50,078 bases of DNA from an uncultured Dehalococcoidia bacterium (GTDB taxonomy: Bacteria; Chloroflexota; Dehalococcoidia; UBA2247; RBG-13-53-26), in the NCBI GenBank assembly GCA_964617695.1, contig CAZTYW010000007.1, positions 1-50,078 on the forward strand, in the 5' to 3' direction. Under the pieces are notes generated by a model that had not been told where the DNA came from, ran no database searches, and saw only the letters and a program-made list of their open reading frames with translations. This document shows, piece by piece, positions 1 to 9,178 of this stretch (within the stretch, counting starts at the first letter, position 1; the number at the start of each line of letters is the position of its first letter). Position numbers and translations under genes: made by a program.

Positions 1-4
1 AAAT

Positions 5-622
5 ATGCGTTTGACCCGAATCGAGAGGCGCCTCGTCAACTCCACCAACAGGGCCGAGCGTACGGCACAGACGGTACGAACACTCCTCCGAGGGATAGCT
101 TTGCCAGCAGGCCTGCGGTGCCTGGAGGTCGGCTGCGGGCAGGGAGCAGTGACGCGTGTGCTGGTCCAGGAGTTTGGGGCCAGGGCGGTCTGTACTGACC
201 ACGACCCGGTCGAATTGGCCATCGCCCGTGAGAGACTCGCCGATCTGCCGGCGGACCGTGTCGAGTTCAGGCAGGTCGACGCTCGAAGCCTGCCCTTCAA
301 TGATGAGGAATTCGACCTGGTGGCGGAGTTCCAGGTATGGCATCACATCATCGGAGGTTGGCGGGATGCAACAGCCGAGGTCTCTCGCGTGTTGCGCCAG
401 GGCGGGGTCTTCCTCTTCGTTGACGAACTGTGCCTGCCCGTATTGGGGAGGCTGGCCAGAACGCTGCTCCGACTGGACGCTGTAGCTGATGACACGCTCC
501 GTGGAGAGCTGCATCGGCACGACATGCGGCTTCAGCGTTACGACTTGAGATTCTGGGGAATGCTTCATTGTAAGGGCGTCGCCACAAAAAGCGATGGAAT
601 GTCAGGCGCCGGCCTGAACTGA
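5..622 (+). CDS. Class I SAM-dependent methyltransferase (Methyltransf_11/UbiE-like)
   Basis: Motif I LEVGCGQG, acidic residue after beta2 (CTDHD), DARSLPFNDEEFDLV, EVSRVLRQGG. Confidence 0.85.
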   Translation: MRLTRIERRLVNSTNRAERTAQTVRTLLRGIALPAGLRCLEVGCGQGAVTRVLVQEFGARAVCTDHDPVELAIARERLADLPADRVEFRQVDARSLPFNDEEFDLVAEFQVWHHIIGGWRDATAEVSRVLRQGGVFLFVDELCLPVLGRLARTLLRLDAVADDTLRGELHRHDMRLQRYDLRFWGMLHCKGVATKSDGMSGAGLN

Positions 623-668
623 AGTCCTGCAGAGTTACGGACTCTCCGGTATTGCGAATGTCCCCCCT

Positions 669-869
669 TCAGGCGGGTTCGGCCGTAACCGGTAGGCCTC
701 TCATCACTCGCCTTCGTTCAGCAAATCCGCACAGGCTCGATGCTGGACTTTTTCTTTTCCAGAACAGCCAGCCGACCCAGATCAGGAAGACCAAACCCAA
801 CGCGCTGGTTATTGGCTCAGGCAATGCTATTAGACCCAAAACGACGCACAGCAACGGGCTGCACTTCAT
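669..869 (-). CDS. Small hypothetical membrane protein
   Basis: 66 aa, two hydrophobic segments around ALPEPITSALG followed by basic WKRK; GAAGGA upstream. Confidence 0.4.
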   Translation of the reverse strand: MKCSPLLCVVLGLIALPEPITSALGLVFLIWVGWLFWKRKSPASSLCGFAERRRVMRGLPVTAEPA

Positions 870-1277
870 GGGTCATCGAGTTCCTTCAGCGGCGTTCATG
901 GCATCCCCCTAGCGCGTCACGGTCGGCGGTTGATAGACCTCGTAACACCAGCAGCATGTCACACTGGGCTCTCGCTCATCTCTCAAAGGTCGCCGCTTGC
1001 ATCACAAGATTGTCTCCGAGTGCACAGAGAGCAAGAACTCTCTGCGCGCGATCTGACGGCCGACCGGCGTCTCACGCTACTGACACAATTCTGAAACCGC
1101 GATGTCACCTTGCTTAACCCTTTGCTTACATTCCCAGTGTTACCATTGTTTCATCGAGTCACCCTCCATTTGGCTGCTGGAGCTCCGGCAAGGTGCACCC
1201 AGCAGTGGTCACCGTGATGGCCCAATCTCTAAGAGCCTGGCTGCCAGTGACGGGAAACACGTGATAGGAGGAAGGAA

Positions 1278-1709
1278 ATGGAAGAGCGCATCAGAGAGCG
1301 GGAGATGACAGCGCGACTGGAAGAGCTGGAGAAGGGCGAGGCGATCGAAGTCGTCGGTGAGACCACCATCGAGGACGACGTCATAGCCTCGATTGCCGGA
1401 GTGGCCGCCAGGGAGGTGGAAGGCGTCTCAAGCCTGGGCAAGACTTCGATTCGCCGCACACTGGCTGAGCGCGTCGGAGGCACCGAGCAGAGAACCAGAG
1501 GAGTAGAGATCGAGATGGGGAAGAAGGAGGCTGTGGTTGACATTGCACTGAATGTAGTCTACGGGTTCAGCATCCCCAAGATCATCATCGAGGTGCGCAA
1601 GAAGGTTGCCTCCCGCCTTCTGGAACTCTGCGGCCTGGTTGCCAAAGAGATCAACATCACTGTGGTGGCAATCGAGTTTCCTGAGAGAATGCCGGGAAAG
1701 CTGGAATAG
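1278..1709 (+). CDS. Asp23/Gls24 family envelope stress protein
   Basis: AGGAGG RBS; GETTIEDDVIASIAGVAAREVEGV, GVEIEMGKKEAVVDI, YGFSIP..I...RKKV, EINITV. Confidence 0.9.
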   Translation: MEERIREREMTARLEELEKGEAIEVVGETTIEDDVIASIAGVAAREVEGVSSLGKTSIRRTLAERVGGTEQRTRGVEIEMGKKEAVVDIALNVVYGFSIPKIIIEVRKKVASRLLELCGLVAKEINITVVAIEFPERMPGKLE

Positions 1710-1761
1710 ACACGTTCAGGTCGTCACCCAGGCATCTCTCGGAAGGGCCAAACAGCGGATT

Positions 1762-2337
1762 ATGGGAGTGTCCATTTTCAACCGTGCAATCGTGGTATTG
1801 GCTGCCATCGTGGTGTTAGCCGGCGCTGTGATTACACTGCTCGTCACGGCGGGGGCAGTCACGCCAGACATCCTGCCCTACGGCTGGTTCGAGTCGTCCC
1901 TTCAGAGAGCTGCAGATGCGAGCGGGGGCACCGCAGCCGCCACTATCACCGTCAGCGTAATCATCGGGCTAGCCATGATCGCCGTGCTTCTGTTTCAGTT
2001 CATGCCTTATCGCCGGCGAGTACTCCTTCTCATTAGCTCGGACGACGCAGGTACAAGCACCATTGACCAGGAAAGCGTTCGATTGTTGGCAGAGAAGACG
2101 GCTGCCGCCGCTCCAGACGTGCGCGATGCCAGATGTACACTTGCTGGAAAGGCGGACGGGCTATCCATCTCGTGCTGGACATCCGTGGCTCTGGGCACCA
2201 ACATCCCCGAGATCAGCGGCCAGCTACAGGGCAAGATCAAGGAGGCGGTGGAGGAGTTCACAGGCCTCTCCGTGAGGCAGGTCAATGTCACCTCCAAATA
2301 TGAGGCGCTGGCCGGCAGGCGCCTGGCCGTCCGGTGA
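1762..2337 (+). CDS. amaP: Alkaline shock response membrane anchor protein (AmaP-like)
   Basis: Two N-terminal TM helices, C-terminal Asp23-like NIPEISGQLQGKIKEAVEEFTGLSVRQVNV; lies between asp23 and DUF2273; start trimmed to ATG 1762. Confidence 0.75.
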   Translation: MGVSIFNRAIVVLAAIVVLAGAVITLLVTAGAVTPDILPYGWFESSLQRAADASGGTAAATITVSVIIGLAMIAVLLFQFMPYRRRVLLLISSDDAGTSTIDQESVRLLAEKTAAAAPDVRDARCTLAGKADGLSISCWTSVALGTNIPEISGQLQGKIKEAVEEFTGLSVRQVNVTSKYEALAGRRLAVR

Positions 2338-2347
2338 GGAGAGACTA

Positions 2348-2557
2348 ATGTTTGCATTGAATCCGAAAGCGGTGGGAATCTTTGGCGGGCTTGTGATAGG
2401 GATAGTGTGGCTGTGGTTTGGCCCGCTGAAGGCCTTTCTGCTGGCCCTGTTCATCTTCGCTGGCTGGGTCATCGCCAAGATCTGGTCTGGGGAGCTCGAC
2501 ATACTGGAGCTTTACGAGCGGTTCATGGAGAGCAGAGGCAAGAGGCCGCGAAGTTGA
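2348..2557 (+). CDS. Small integral membrane protein (DUF2273-like)
   Basis: 69 aa, GIFGGLVIGIVWLWFGPLKAFLLALFIFAGWVIAK; GAGGAG RBS; context with asp23/amaP. Confidence 0.75.
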   Translation: MFALNPKAVGIFGGLVIGIVWLWFGPLKAFLLALFIFAGWVIAKIWSGELDILELYERFMESRGKRPRS

Positions 2558-2579
2558 CCACAGCCTGTCGAGGGTAGAA

Positions 2580-3401
2580 ATGTTGCGTTCCGTTGGACTG
2601 CCCCGGTTACTGGTTCTCAGTGCCTTGCTGATCTCGCTTGGCTTGTCCGGAGCCTCGTGCGCTGGCGGTACCTCCGGGGCGCTGGCAGACTCCATGAGAG
2701 AGACACCGGCTGATGCCGCCCTGTTCGATTACTGGAATGTCAAGGCGATGCAGGACGACAGCGACCTGCACCCGCTGCTCGAAAGATGGAAGACCGAGAA
2801 GGAAGGCTGGCTGGACAGCTTCGGCATAGCAACCGGTCAGGTAGAGCACTTCTTCCAGTTCTCCCTGTACGGAAACAACGCCCTGATCGTCAGAGGGAGA
2901 CTTGATCGTGAACAGACCAGGGCACAGCTGACCAACCGCAACTACAACGACAAAGACTTCAAGCGCATGGAGGTCTGGGAGAGCCCTGATGGCAGAGACT
3001 GGCTGGCCGTGGCTAACGGGTCTCTGATTGCCGGCAGCAAGGACCCTGTCAAAGAGTCAATCAACGTCATCAAGGGGGAAAGCTCCCTCTATGATGACCC
3101 AGACGCCCGAGGGATAACAGACTGGCTCCCGGGCGGATTGCTGGTGCGCTTCCAAAGGTACAACCTAGCCCCCTATGAGGGGCTGGTCGCCGGTGGAGAA
3201 TCCTTCGAGAAGAAGGACAGAGACACACTCAGAGTCAAGCTGGCCTTCATGTTCGGCGAGCCCGACCAGGCGACCGCCGCCGTGGATGACATCGCCGAAG
3301 AGGTCGACGAAGACTACGACGAGGTCGACGCCAGGTATGATGGCAGATTCGTGATAGTGGACGCCGTTGTGGACATGGATGACCTGCTCAGGGTCCTCTA
3401 G
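2580..3401 (+). CDS. Putative lipoprotein of unknown function
   Basis: Signal peptide ending in lipobox-like GASC, acidic soluble domain. Confidence 0.65.
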   Translation: MLRSVGLPRLLVLSALLISLGLSGASCAGGTSGALADSMRETPADAALFDYWNVKAMQDDSDLHPLLERWKTEKEGWLDSFGIATGQVEHFFQFSLYGNNALIVRGRLDREQTRAQLTNRNYNDKDFKRMEVWESPDGRDWLAVANGSLIAGSKDPVKESINVIKGESSLYDDPDARGITDWLPGGLLVRFQRYNLAPYEGLVAGGESFEKKDRDTLRVKLAFMFGEPDQATAAVDDIAEEVDEDYDEVDARYDGRFVIVDAVVDMDDLLRVL

Positions 3402-4837
3402 GACGCTGTGTGGGCCTGGTGGTAGCGCAGCAAACGGTCAATGGCCCTGAAGGCACTGGCAGGGGAGTGGTATACAGGCAACCCCGCCTCATAGAATTTG
3501 CGTTGATACGCGGACGCTGCCTTCCAACTGTCACCACAAGCAAGATAGTGCAATACGACCGCCGACGGCTTATTCACCTCACCCGCAACCTTGACTATGT
3601 TGTCTGTCTGGGAATCGAACACCAGGCGGGCAATTGGCAGGTCGAGCATGACTCCGCGCAACGGCACATGGAACAGGAGAAAATCGACTCCCTCCCACGC
3701 AAACAAAGCCCTCAGAATCTCCTGATACCTGTCGTCGCTGGAGGCCATCGGCAGTATGTCCACGGGATTGCCGAGCATTGTCCCGGCCTCTGTACCGATG
3801 ATACGGGTTATCTCACGTCTGATTCGTTCGCTCAGCCGGGGAAGCATAAAGCCAGCACTGGAACAGTCATCAGTGGCCAGGACGCTGGCTCCACCACCAA
3901 CCCCAAAGAGACCGACCCCTCTTCCCCTGGGGATACCCATGAACTGGAAGGTGACCATCATGTCAACCAGTTCATCCAGGTTGTAGACGCGTACGGCCCC
4001 AGCCTGTTCCAGCAGGCCGTCCCAGACCTCGTCGGACCCGGCAAGAGACCCGGTGTGGGAAGCAGCCGCCCCGGCTCCCTCATGGGTACGACCTGCTTTC
4101 AACACCGCAACGGGCTTGGCCGCCGAAAGCTGCTTCAAAGCCCGATGGAAGCGGGAGCCGTCTTTCACCCCCTCGATGTAAGCGGCCACAACGCGAGTGT
4201 CCACATCCCCGAGGAAGTACTCCAGCAAGTCGGTCTCGTCAATATCGCATCCATTTCCATAGGAGATCACCTTGCTGAAGCGAACACCTCTCTCGGCAGC
4301 AGCTCGAACCAGGTACAGCGTATTGCCGCCGCTCTGGCATATGACGGCCGTGTGTCCGGCCTCCCTGGGGAAATCAACGCTGAAGGATAGGCCCCCTTTG
4401 GGCGAATAGACCCCCATGCAGTTAGGCCCGAGGACTCGCACACCGGTGGTCTCGGCAAGACGGCTGAGCTCTTCTTCCCGGTGCCTACCCTTCGCGCTTC
4501 CAGTCTCAGAGAAGCCGGCAGTGAAAAGGCAGACCGCCTTTACACCTTTGGCAGCACAGTCCTCGATCAACTGAGGCACGCCGGCGGCAGGTATGCAGGA
4601 TATGAGGTAGTCAACCGGCCCTGGAACGTCCCTGACGTTGGCGTATATTCTCCGGCCTGAGACCTCTCCGCCTCTGGGATTGACAGGATAGACCTCGCCC
4701 TTGAACCCGTACCTGACTATGGTGTCCAGGAACAACTGACCTGTGTTGAACTGCCCCGGTACAGCCGGAGCAACTCCGGCAATAGCCACCGAAGACGGAT
4801 TGAACATGGACTCCAGGGCTTCGACCTTGTTCATCAA
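3398..4837 (-). CDS. ADP-forming acyl-CoA synthetase alpha subunit (CoA-binding protein), paralog 2
   Basis: FNPSSVAIAGV, YPVNP, GPNCMG, QSGG, SYGN, AAASHTGSLAG phospho-His motif, NPVD; no ATP-grasp domain. Confidence 0.88.
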   Translation of the reverse strand: MMNKVEALESMFNPSSVAIAGVAPAVPGQFNTGQLFLDTIVRYGFKGEVYPVNPRGGEVSGRRIYANVRDVPGPVDYLISCIPAAGVPQLIEDCAAKGVKAVCLFTAGFSETGSAKGRHREEELSRLAETTGVRVLGPNCMGVYSPKGGLSFSVDFPREAGHTAVICQSGGNTLYLVRAAAERGVRFSKVISYGNGCDIDETDLLEYFLGDVDTRVVAAYIEGVKDGSRFHRALKQLSAAKPVAVLKAGRTHEGAGAAASHTGSLAGSDEVWDGLLEQAGAVRVYNLDELVDMMVTFQFMGIPRGRGVGLFGVGGGASVLATDDCSSAGFMLPRLSERIRREITRIIGTEAGTMLGNPVDILPMASSDDRYQEILRALFAWEGVDFLLFHVPLRGVMLDLPIARLVFDSQTDNIVKVAGEVNKPSAVVLHYLACGDSWKAASAYQRKFYEAGLPVYHSPASAFRAIDRLLRYHQAHTAS

Positions 4838-4883
4838 CTCAAGTATTGGCTGTTTCCCTTCGCACCGGATTCCTCAACCCCGA

Positions 4884-6359
4884 TCAGTGAGCCTGGCCGC
4901 CCTGACGCGCCGCACGTCGCCGCTCATGGTAGCGCATAAACCGGTCAATGGCCCTGGCTGCACTGGCCATCGAATGGTAGACCGGTATGCCAGCCTGAGC
5001 GCAGCCCCGCTGCAAGTCCTCTATGCCCTTCTGCCAGTCCCAGCCCGTGATCAGGTACTGCATTACCAGCGCCAGAGGCTTGTCCACTTCGCCGCGTATC
5101 TTCATAACGGCGTCACGGAACAAATCGATCTCGCTTTCGAATGTGGAGCAGGAGAACCATGCGGCCTGACCGAAACCGATGTGGATCACCGACAGATCAA
5201 CGAATCCCTCGTAGTTGAGCAATCTCTCAACGAGATCATAGAAACCCGCGCTGTACGCGAAGGACGACAGGTCGAGCGGATTATTCAGAATCAAGCCGGC
5301 TTCGTTGGGAACAAGACTGCGTAGCTCCTGTCTCACTTCTTGAGGCAGCGGCGGCAACTCGAAGCCGAATCTAGCCCAGTCGTCAGTACCCACCACTGAG
5401 GCACCACCACCGCCGCCGAATATCCCCACTCTCCTTCCCCGCAGAGGTGGCAGGAATGACAGGGTGACCAGCATGTCGACCATTTCCTCCAAACCTGCGA
5501 CACGGATTGCGCCCGCTTGCTGCAACAGCTCATCCCAGACCTGGTCGGACCCGGCCAAAGAGCCAGTGTGAGAGGCCGCGGCCCCGGCTCCGGCCCGGGT
5601 GCAGCCACCCTTGAGCACCACTACCGGTTTTACCGTCGCCAGTTCTCTAAGAGACCTGTACAAGCGGGGGCCATCCTTCACCCCCTCAATGTAGACCGCG
5701 ACGACTTCGGTCTCCTCGTCCCTGGCGAAGTACTCCACAAGCTCACATTCATTGATGTCACAGGCATTTCCGTAGGAGACGACTTTGCTGAAGCGAACAC
5801 CCCTTGAGGCTGCAGCCCGGGTGGTATAGACCGAATTGCCCCCGCTCTGGCAAATGAACGCCACCTTCCCGGCTTCCCTGGGAAAATCCGAGGTGAAGGA
5901 CAGACCTGCTTTGGGAGAATACACTCCAAGACAGTTTGGCCCGATAACTCGCACCCCGGTCTCCCTGGCCAGACGGGAGATTTCCATCTCCAGCTTCCTG
6001 CCCTCCTCGGTCCCGCTTTCAGAGAAGCCAGCAGTGAAGATTGCGACGGCTTTCACATCTTTGGCTGCGCAATCCCTGATCAACTGGGGCACCGCGGTAG
6101 CCGGTACACATGAGACAACGTAATCCACCGGCCCGGGCACGTCTTTGACGTTGACATACGCAGGCAAGCCCGAAATGTCCTCGCCTTTGGAGTTGAGAGG
6201 ATAGACCTTGCCCTTGAAACCGGAGACAAGCACGCTATCGAGGAATAGCTGCCCTGATTTGCCTGGGGAAGCCCCGGCAATAGCCACCGAAGCGGGGCAG
6301 AATACCGAGTCAAGTGACGAGCTTATCTGGTCTGGCTCCCCGATTTCTTCTCTTCGCAT
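4884..6359 (-). CDS. ADP-forming acyl-CoA synthetase alpha subunit (CoA-binding protein), paralog 1
   Basis: FCPASVAIAGAS, GPNCLG, QSGG, AAASHTGSLAG, NPLD; overlaps the upstream hydB-like stop. Confidence 0.88.
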   Translation of the reverse strand: MRREEIGEPDQISSSLDSVFCPASVAIAGASPGKSGQLFLDSVLVSGFKGKVYPLNSKGEDISGLPAYVNVKDVPGPVDYVVSCVPATAVPQLIRDCAAKDVKAVAIFTAGFSESGTEEGRKLEMEISRLARETGVRVIGPNCLGVYSPKAGLSFTSDFPREAGKVAFICQSGGNSVYTTRAAASRGVRFSKVVSYGNACDINECELVEYFARDEETEVVAVYIEGVKDGPRLYRSLRELATVKPVVVLKGGCTRAGAGAAASHTGSLAGSDQVWDELLQQAGAIRVAGLEEMVDMLVTLSFLPPLRGRRVGIFGGGGGASVVGTDDWARFGFELPPLPQEVRQELRSLVPNEAGLILNNPLDLSSFAYSAGFYDLVERLLNYEGFVDLSVIHIGFGQAAWFSCSTFESEIDLFRDAVMKIRGEVDKPLALVMQYLITGWDWQKGIEDLQRGCAQAGIPVYHSMASAARAIDRFMRYHERRRAARQGGQAH

Positions 6360-8233
6360 TGCTGGGGCAGCAAACTGGGAGGTGACACCTTGATCACCGC
6401 ACTATACTCTGGAGGGCACACATCGAGGCAATTGCCGCACTTGACACACTTCGTTTGGTCTATGACCTTTGCTTTCCCTTTGTCACCGCTGATCGCTTCG
6501 CCAGGGCAGGTGAGCACACAGTGTTCGCACCCCCTGTCGCACTTCTCAGGAAGTATGTAGTAAGCAATCAGGTCCTTGCACACCAGTGCTGGGCATCGGT
6601 GTTCCAGGATGTGCGCTTCATACTCATCGCCAAAGTAGCGGAGGGTTGTCAGAACAGGGTTGGCCGACGTCTTGCCCAAGCCGCAGAGCGATCCTTCCCT
6701 GATGTCTTCAGCCAGTTCCACCAACAAGTCGAGTTGCTCTACCTTACCCCTACCGCTGGCGATGTCCGAGAGCACTTCGAGCGTCTGCTTGGTTCCCAGT
6801 CTGCACATGGTACACTTGCCGCAGGACTCCTTCTGGATGAAATCCAGGAAGTAGAGAGCAGCATCAACCATGCAGTTGTCCTCATCGAGGACTATCATAC
6901 CACCTGAGCCCATCATGGAGCCAGCTTCCCTGAGGGAATCAAAGTCAACCGGGGTGTCGATGAGGCTCTCGGGGATGCATCCCCCCGAAGGTCCACCGAT
7001 CTGTACCGCCTTGAGGCGCTTGTCCCCTGACACGCCACCGCCGACACCTTCAATCAGTTCCCGCAAGGTTGTGCCCATAGGCACCTCCACGAGTCCGGTG
7101 TACGCTATCTTCCCTGCCAGGGCAAAAACGGCTGTCCCCTTACTCCCCTCGGTCCCAATGCTGCTGAACCAGCTTGCTCCACGCTCAACAATCAACGGAA
7201 CGTTGGCGAAAGTCTTCACGTTGTTGAGCAGGGTCGGTCTCTGCCACAGCCCAGCCTCGACCGAGTGAGGTGGCCTGACCCTGGGCATGCCTCGCTTGCC
7301 TTCCACCGAATACATCAGGGCGCTCGACTCGCCGCAGACGAAGGCCCCAGCCCCCTGTACCAGCTCAATCCCGAAAGCGAAGCCGCTCCCCATGATGTCC
7401 TTCCCCAATAGGCCCAGCGACGTTGCCTGCTCCAGAGCGATCTTGAAACGCCTCACTGCCAGCGGGTACTCTGAGCGGACGTACATGTATCCGTGCTCGG
7501 CGCCCATAGCATAACCGGCTATGACCATCCCCTCCAGCACCGAGTGCGGGTCGCCTTCCAGGACCGCCCTGTCCATAAAGGCACCGGGGTCACCCTCGTC
7601 AGCGTTGCAGACAATGTACTTCGGCTGCCCTGGCGCATTGCGGCATAGCTCCCACTTCCTGCCGGTCGGAAAGCCGGCTCCTCCTCGCCCGCGCAAGCCC
7701 GATTCCTTGATCTCTGCGATTATCGCCTCGGCAGTCATTCCCAGCGCCTTCGCCAGGCTGCCGTAGCCGCCGACGGCGATATACTGGTCTATGTCCTCCG
7801 GGTCTATGACGCCGCAGTGGCGCAGCACCAGACGCAATTCCTGCTCAAAGCGGGGCAACTCCGGGATGGAAGGGACCCCCTCCTCGTCCAGTTCAAAGGT
7901 GCCCAGAGCAAGCTCGAGGCAGGGGTCATCACCCAGGACGTAGCCTTCAACAAGCCGCGGAACAAGCTGTGGGTCGACGTTCCCATAGCAAACGCTGAAC
8001 TCGCCGGGCTTAACGATTACCACCAGGGGCTCTGCGTAGCAGAGCCCAATACAGCCAACCTGGCTGACGACGGTATCGTCACTGTGCCTTTTCAGCTCCC
8101 TCTTGAAGGCTTCGACCACGTCCCCAGCACCAGCCGCCTCACCACACGTACCGGTACCAATGAGGATGCGGGTCTTCTGCTGGAGGGCTTCCCACTTCGA
8201 GTCTGCTTTGTGTCGGAACTCGTCGAAAGTCAT
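6323..8233 (-). CDS. NADH/FMN-binding HydB/NuoF-like subunit (copy 2)
   Basis: N-terminal thioredoxin-like Fe-S domain (TCG..GCIGLC), GLRGRGGAGFP, NADEGDPGAFMDR, GAFVCGE, GGPSGG, ESCGKCTMCR, C-terminal 2x[4Fe-4S]. Confidence 0.92.
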   Translation of the reverse strand: MTFDEFRHKADSKWEALQQKTRILIGTGTCGEAAGAGDVVEAFKRELKRHSDDTVVSQVGCIGLCYAEPLVVIVKPGEFSVCYGNVDPQLVPRLVEGYVLGDDPCLELALGTFELDEEGVPSIPELPRFEQELRLVLRHCGVIDPEDIDQYIAVGGYGSLAKALGMTAEAIIAEIKESGLRGRGGAGFPTGRKWELCRNAPGQPKYIVCNADEGDPGAFMDRAVLEGDPHSVLEGMVIAGYAMGAEHGYMYVRSEYPLAVRRFKIALEQATSLGLLGKDIMGSGFAFGIELVQGAGAFVCGESSALMYSVEGKRGMPRVRPPHSVEAGLWQRPTLLNNVKTFANVPLIVERGASWFSSIGTEGSKGTAVFALAGKIAYTGLVEVPMGTTLRELIEGVGGGVSGDKRLKAVQIGGPSGGCIPESLIDTPVDFDSLREAGSMMGSGGMIVLDEDNCMVDAALYFLDFIQKESCGKCTMCRLGTKQTLEVLSDIASGRGKVEQLDLLVELAEDIREGSLCGLGKTSANPVLTTLRYFGDEYEAHILEHRCPALVCKDLIAYYILPEKCDRGCEHCVLTCPGEAISGDKGKAKVIDQTKCVKCGNCLDVCPPEYSAVIKVSPPSLLPQQCEEKKSGSQTR

Positions 8234-8258
8234 CTGAATGGAAGGAAGGCCCCGTCTA

Positions 8259-8759
8259 TCAGGAGCTACTTTGTGGCTGACTGACCTGCCCCAAGTTGAC
8301 TAGAAGCTCTTCCACTTTGAAGGGAGTCAGCCTGGGGTGAATACCCTCGCCGACTACAGCCACCGGAGCCAGGACGCAGCAGCCAATGCAGGCAACCCGG
8401 TCGAGGCTGTATTCGCCATCGGAGGTAATGTCGCCCACCTTGATCTGGAGTTCCCTCTCCATCGCTTCCAGTACCAGCCTGCCCCCTCGCATATGGCAAG
8501 CCGTACCCAGGCACACCCTGATCGGATTTCTTCCCAGAGGCTTGAAGCGGAACTCATTGTAGAACGTGGCCACACCGTACACGGCGCTGGCTGGCACCTG
8601 GAGGTAATCAGCAGCTTCGAGCAGGGCCTCACGAGGCAGGTAACCGAGCTTGTGCTGTACTTCTTGCAGTACGGGGACGAGTTCTACCCTCTCTCTTCTG
8701 TGATGGGCTAGGATCGGCCTTAGTTCGGATATGAGCTCCTTGGAGGTGATAGCTTTCAT
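8259..8759 (-). CDS. HydC/NuoE-like [2Fe-2S] subunit (copy 2)
   Basis: VATFY, VCLGTACH, VACIGCCVLAPV. Confidence 0.92.
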   Translation of the reverse strand: MKAITSKELISELRPILAHHRRERVELVPVLQEVQHKLGYLPREALLEAADYLQVPASAVYGVATFYNEFRFKPLGRNPIRVCLGTACHMRGGRLVLEAMERELQIKVGDITSDGEYSLDRVACIGCCVLAPVAVVGEGIHPRLTPFKVEELLVNLGQVSQPQSSS

Positions 8760-9163
8760 ACTCTCATGCAGATCTCAGGCGGGTCCGCCACAGTCTCCCT
8801 GACATACCGAAGCATCTGATTCACACAGGCAATGGTAAGATCGGCCAGGTCCTCTCCTCGAGTATACCTGATCCTTTCGCCACAATAAAGCACACGAAGT
8901 CTGCTGGGGAACTCCTCGTCGGCCTGATCATAGACAAAGATGATCTCGATTCCTGGGAAAATCTCCTTGCTCATGGCCCAGGTTTCACCCCGCCCCAGAG
9001 ACTCCACCTTCCCCCCAATGTACCCGGCCAGCTTGGAGACGTCGTCCACGTAGGCCAGGGCCTCCTGCCTTGTCTCCACCTCGCGCTTCATGAACCCGTC
9101 ATGGGTACCCATAGGGCCCTCAATCTCCCTCAGACTCAACAGCTTCCTATCTCCGAGGCTCAC
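8756..9163 (-). CDS. DUF3786-like protein (acs-cluster accessory)
   Basis: FPGIEIIFVYDQADEEFPSRLRVLY...EDL resembles the DUF3786 C-terminus; follows cooC; ATGA overlap with hydC'. Confidence 0.6.
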   Translation of the reverse strand: MSLGDRKLLSLREIEGPMGTHDGFMKREVETRQEALAYVDDVSKLAGYIGGKVESLGRGETWAMSKEIFPGIEIIFVYDQADEEFPSRLRVLYCGERIRYTRGEDLADLTIACVNQMLRYVRETVADPPEICMRV

Positions 9164-9178
9164 TTGCCATCCACTGTG

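Noticed and set aside
1081-1146. TGACA/TGTCA inverted pair and TTGCTTA repeats upstream of asp23
   Set aside because: Too short to distinguish from chance without comparative data
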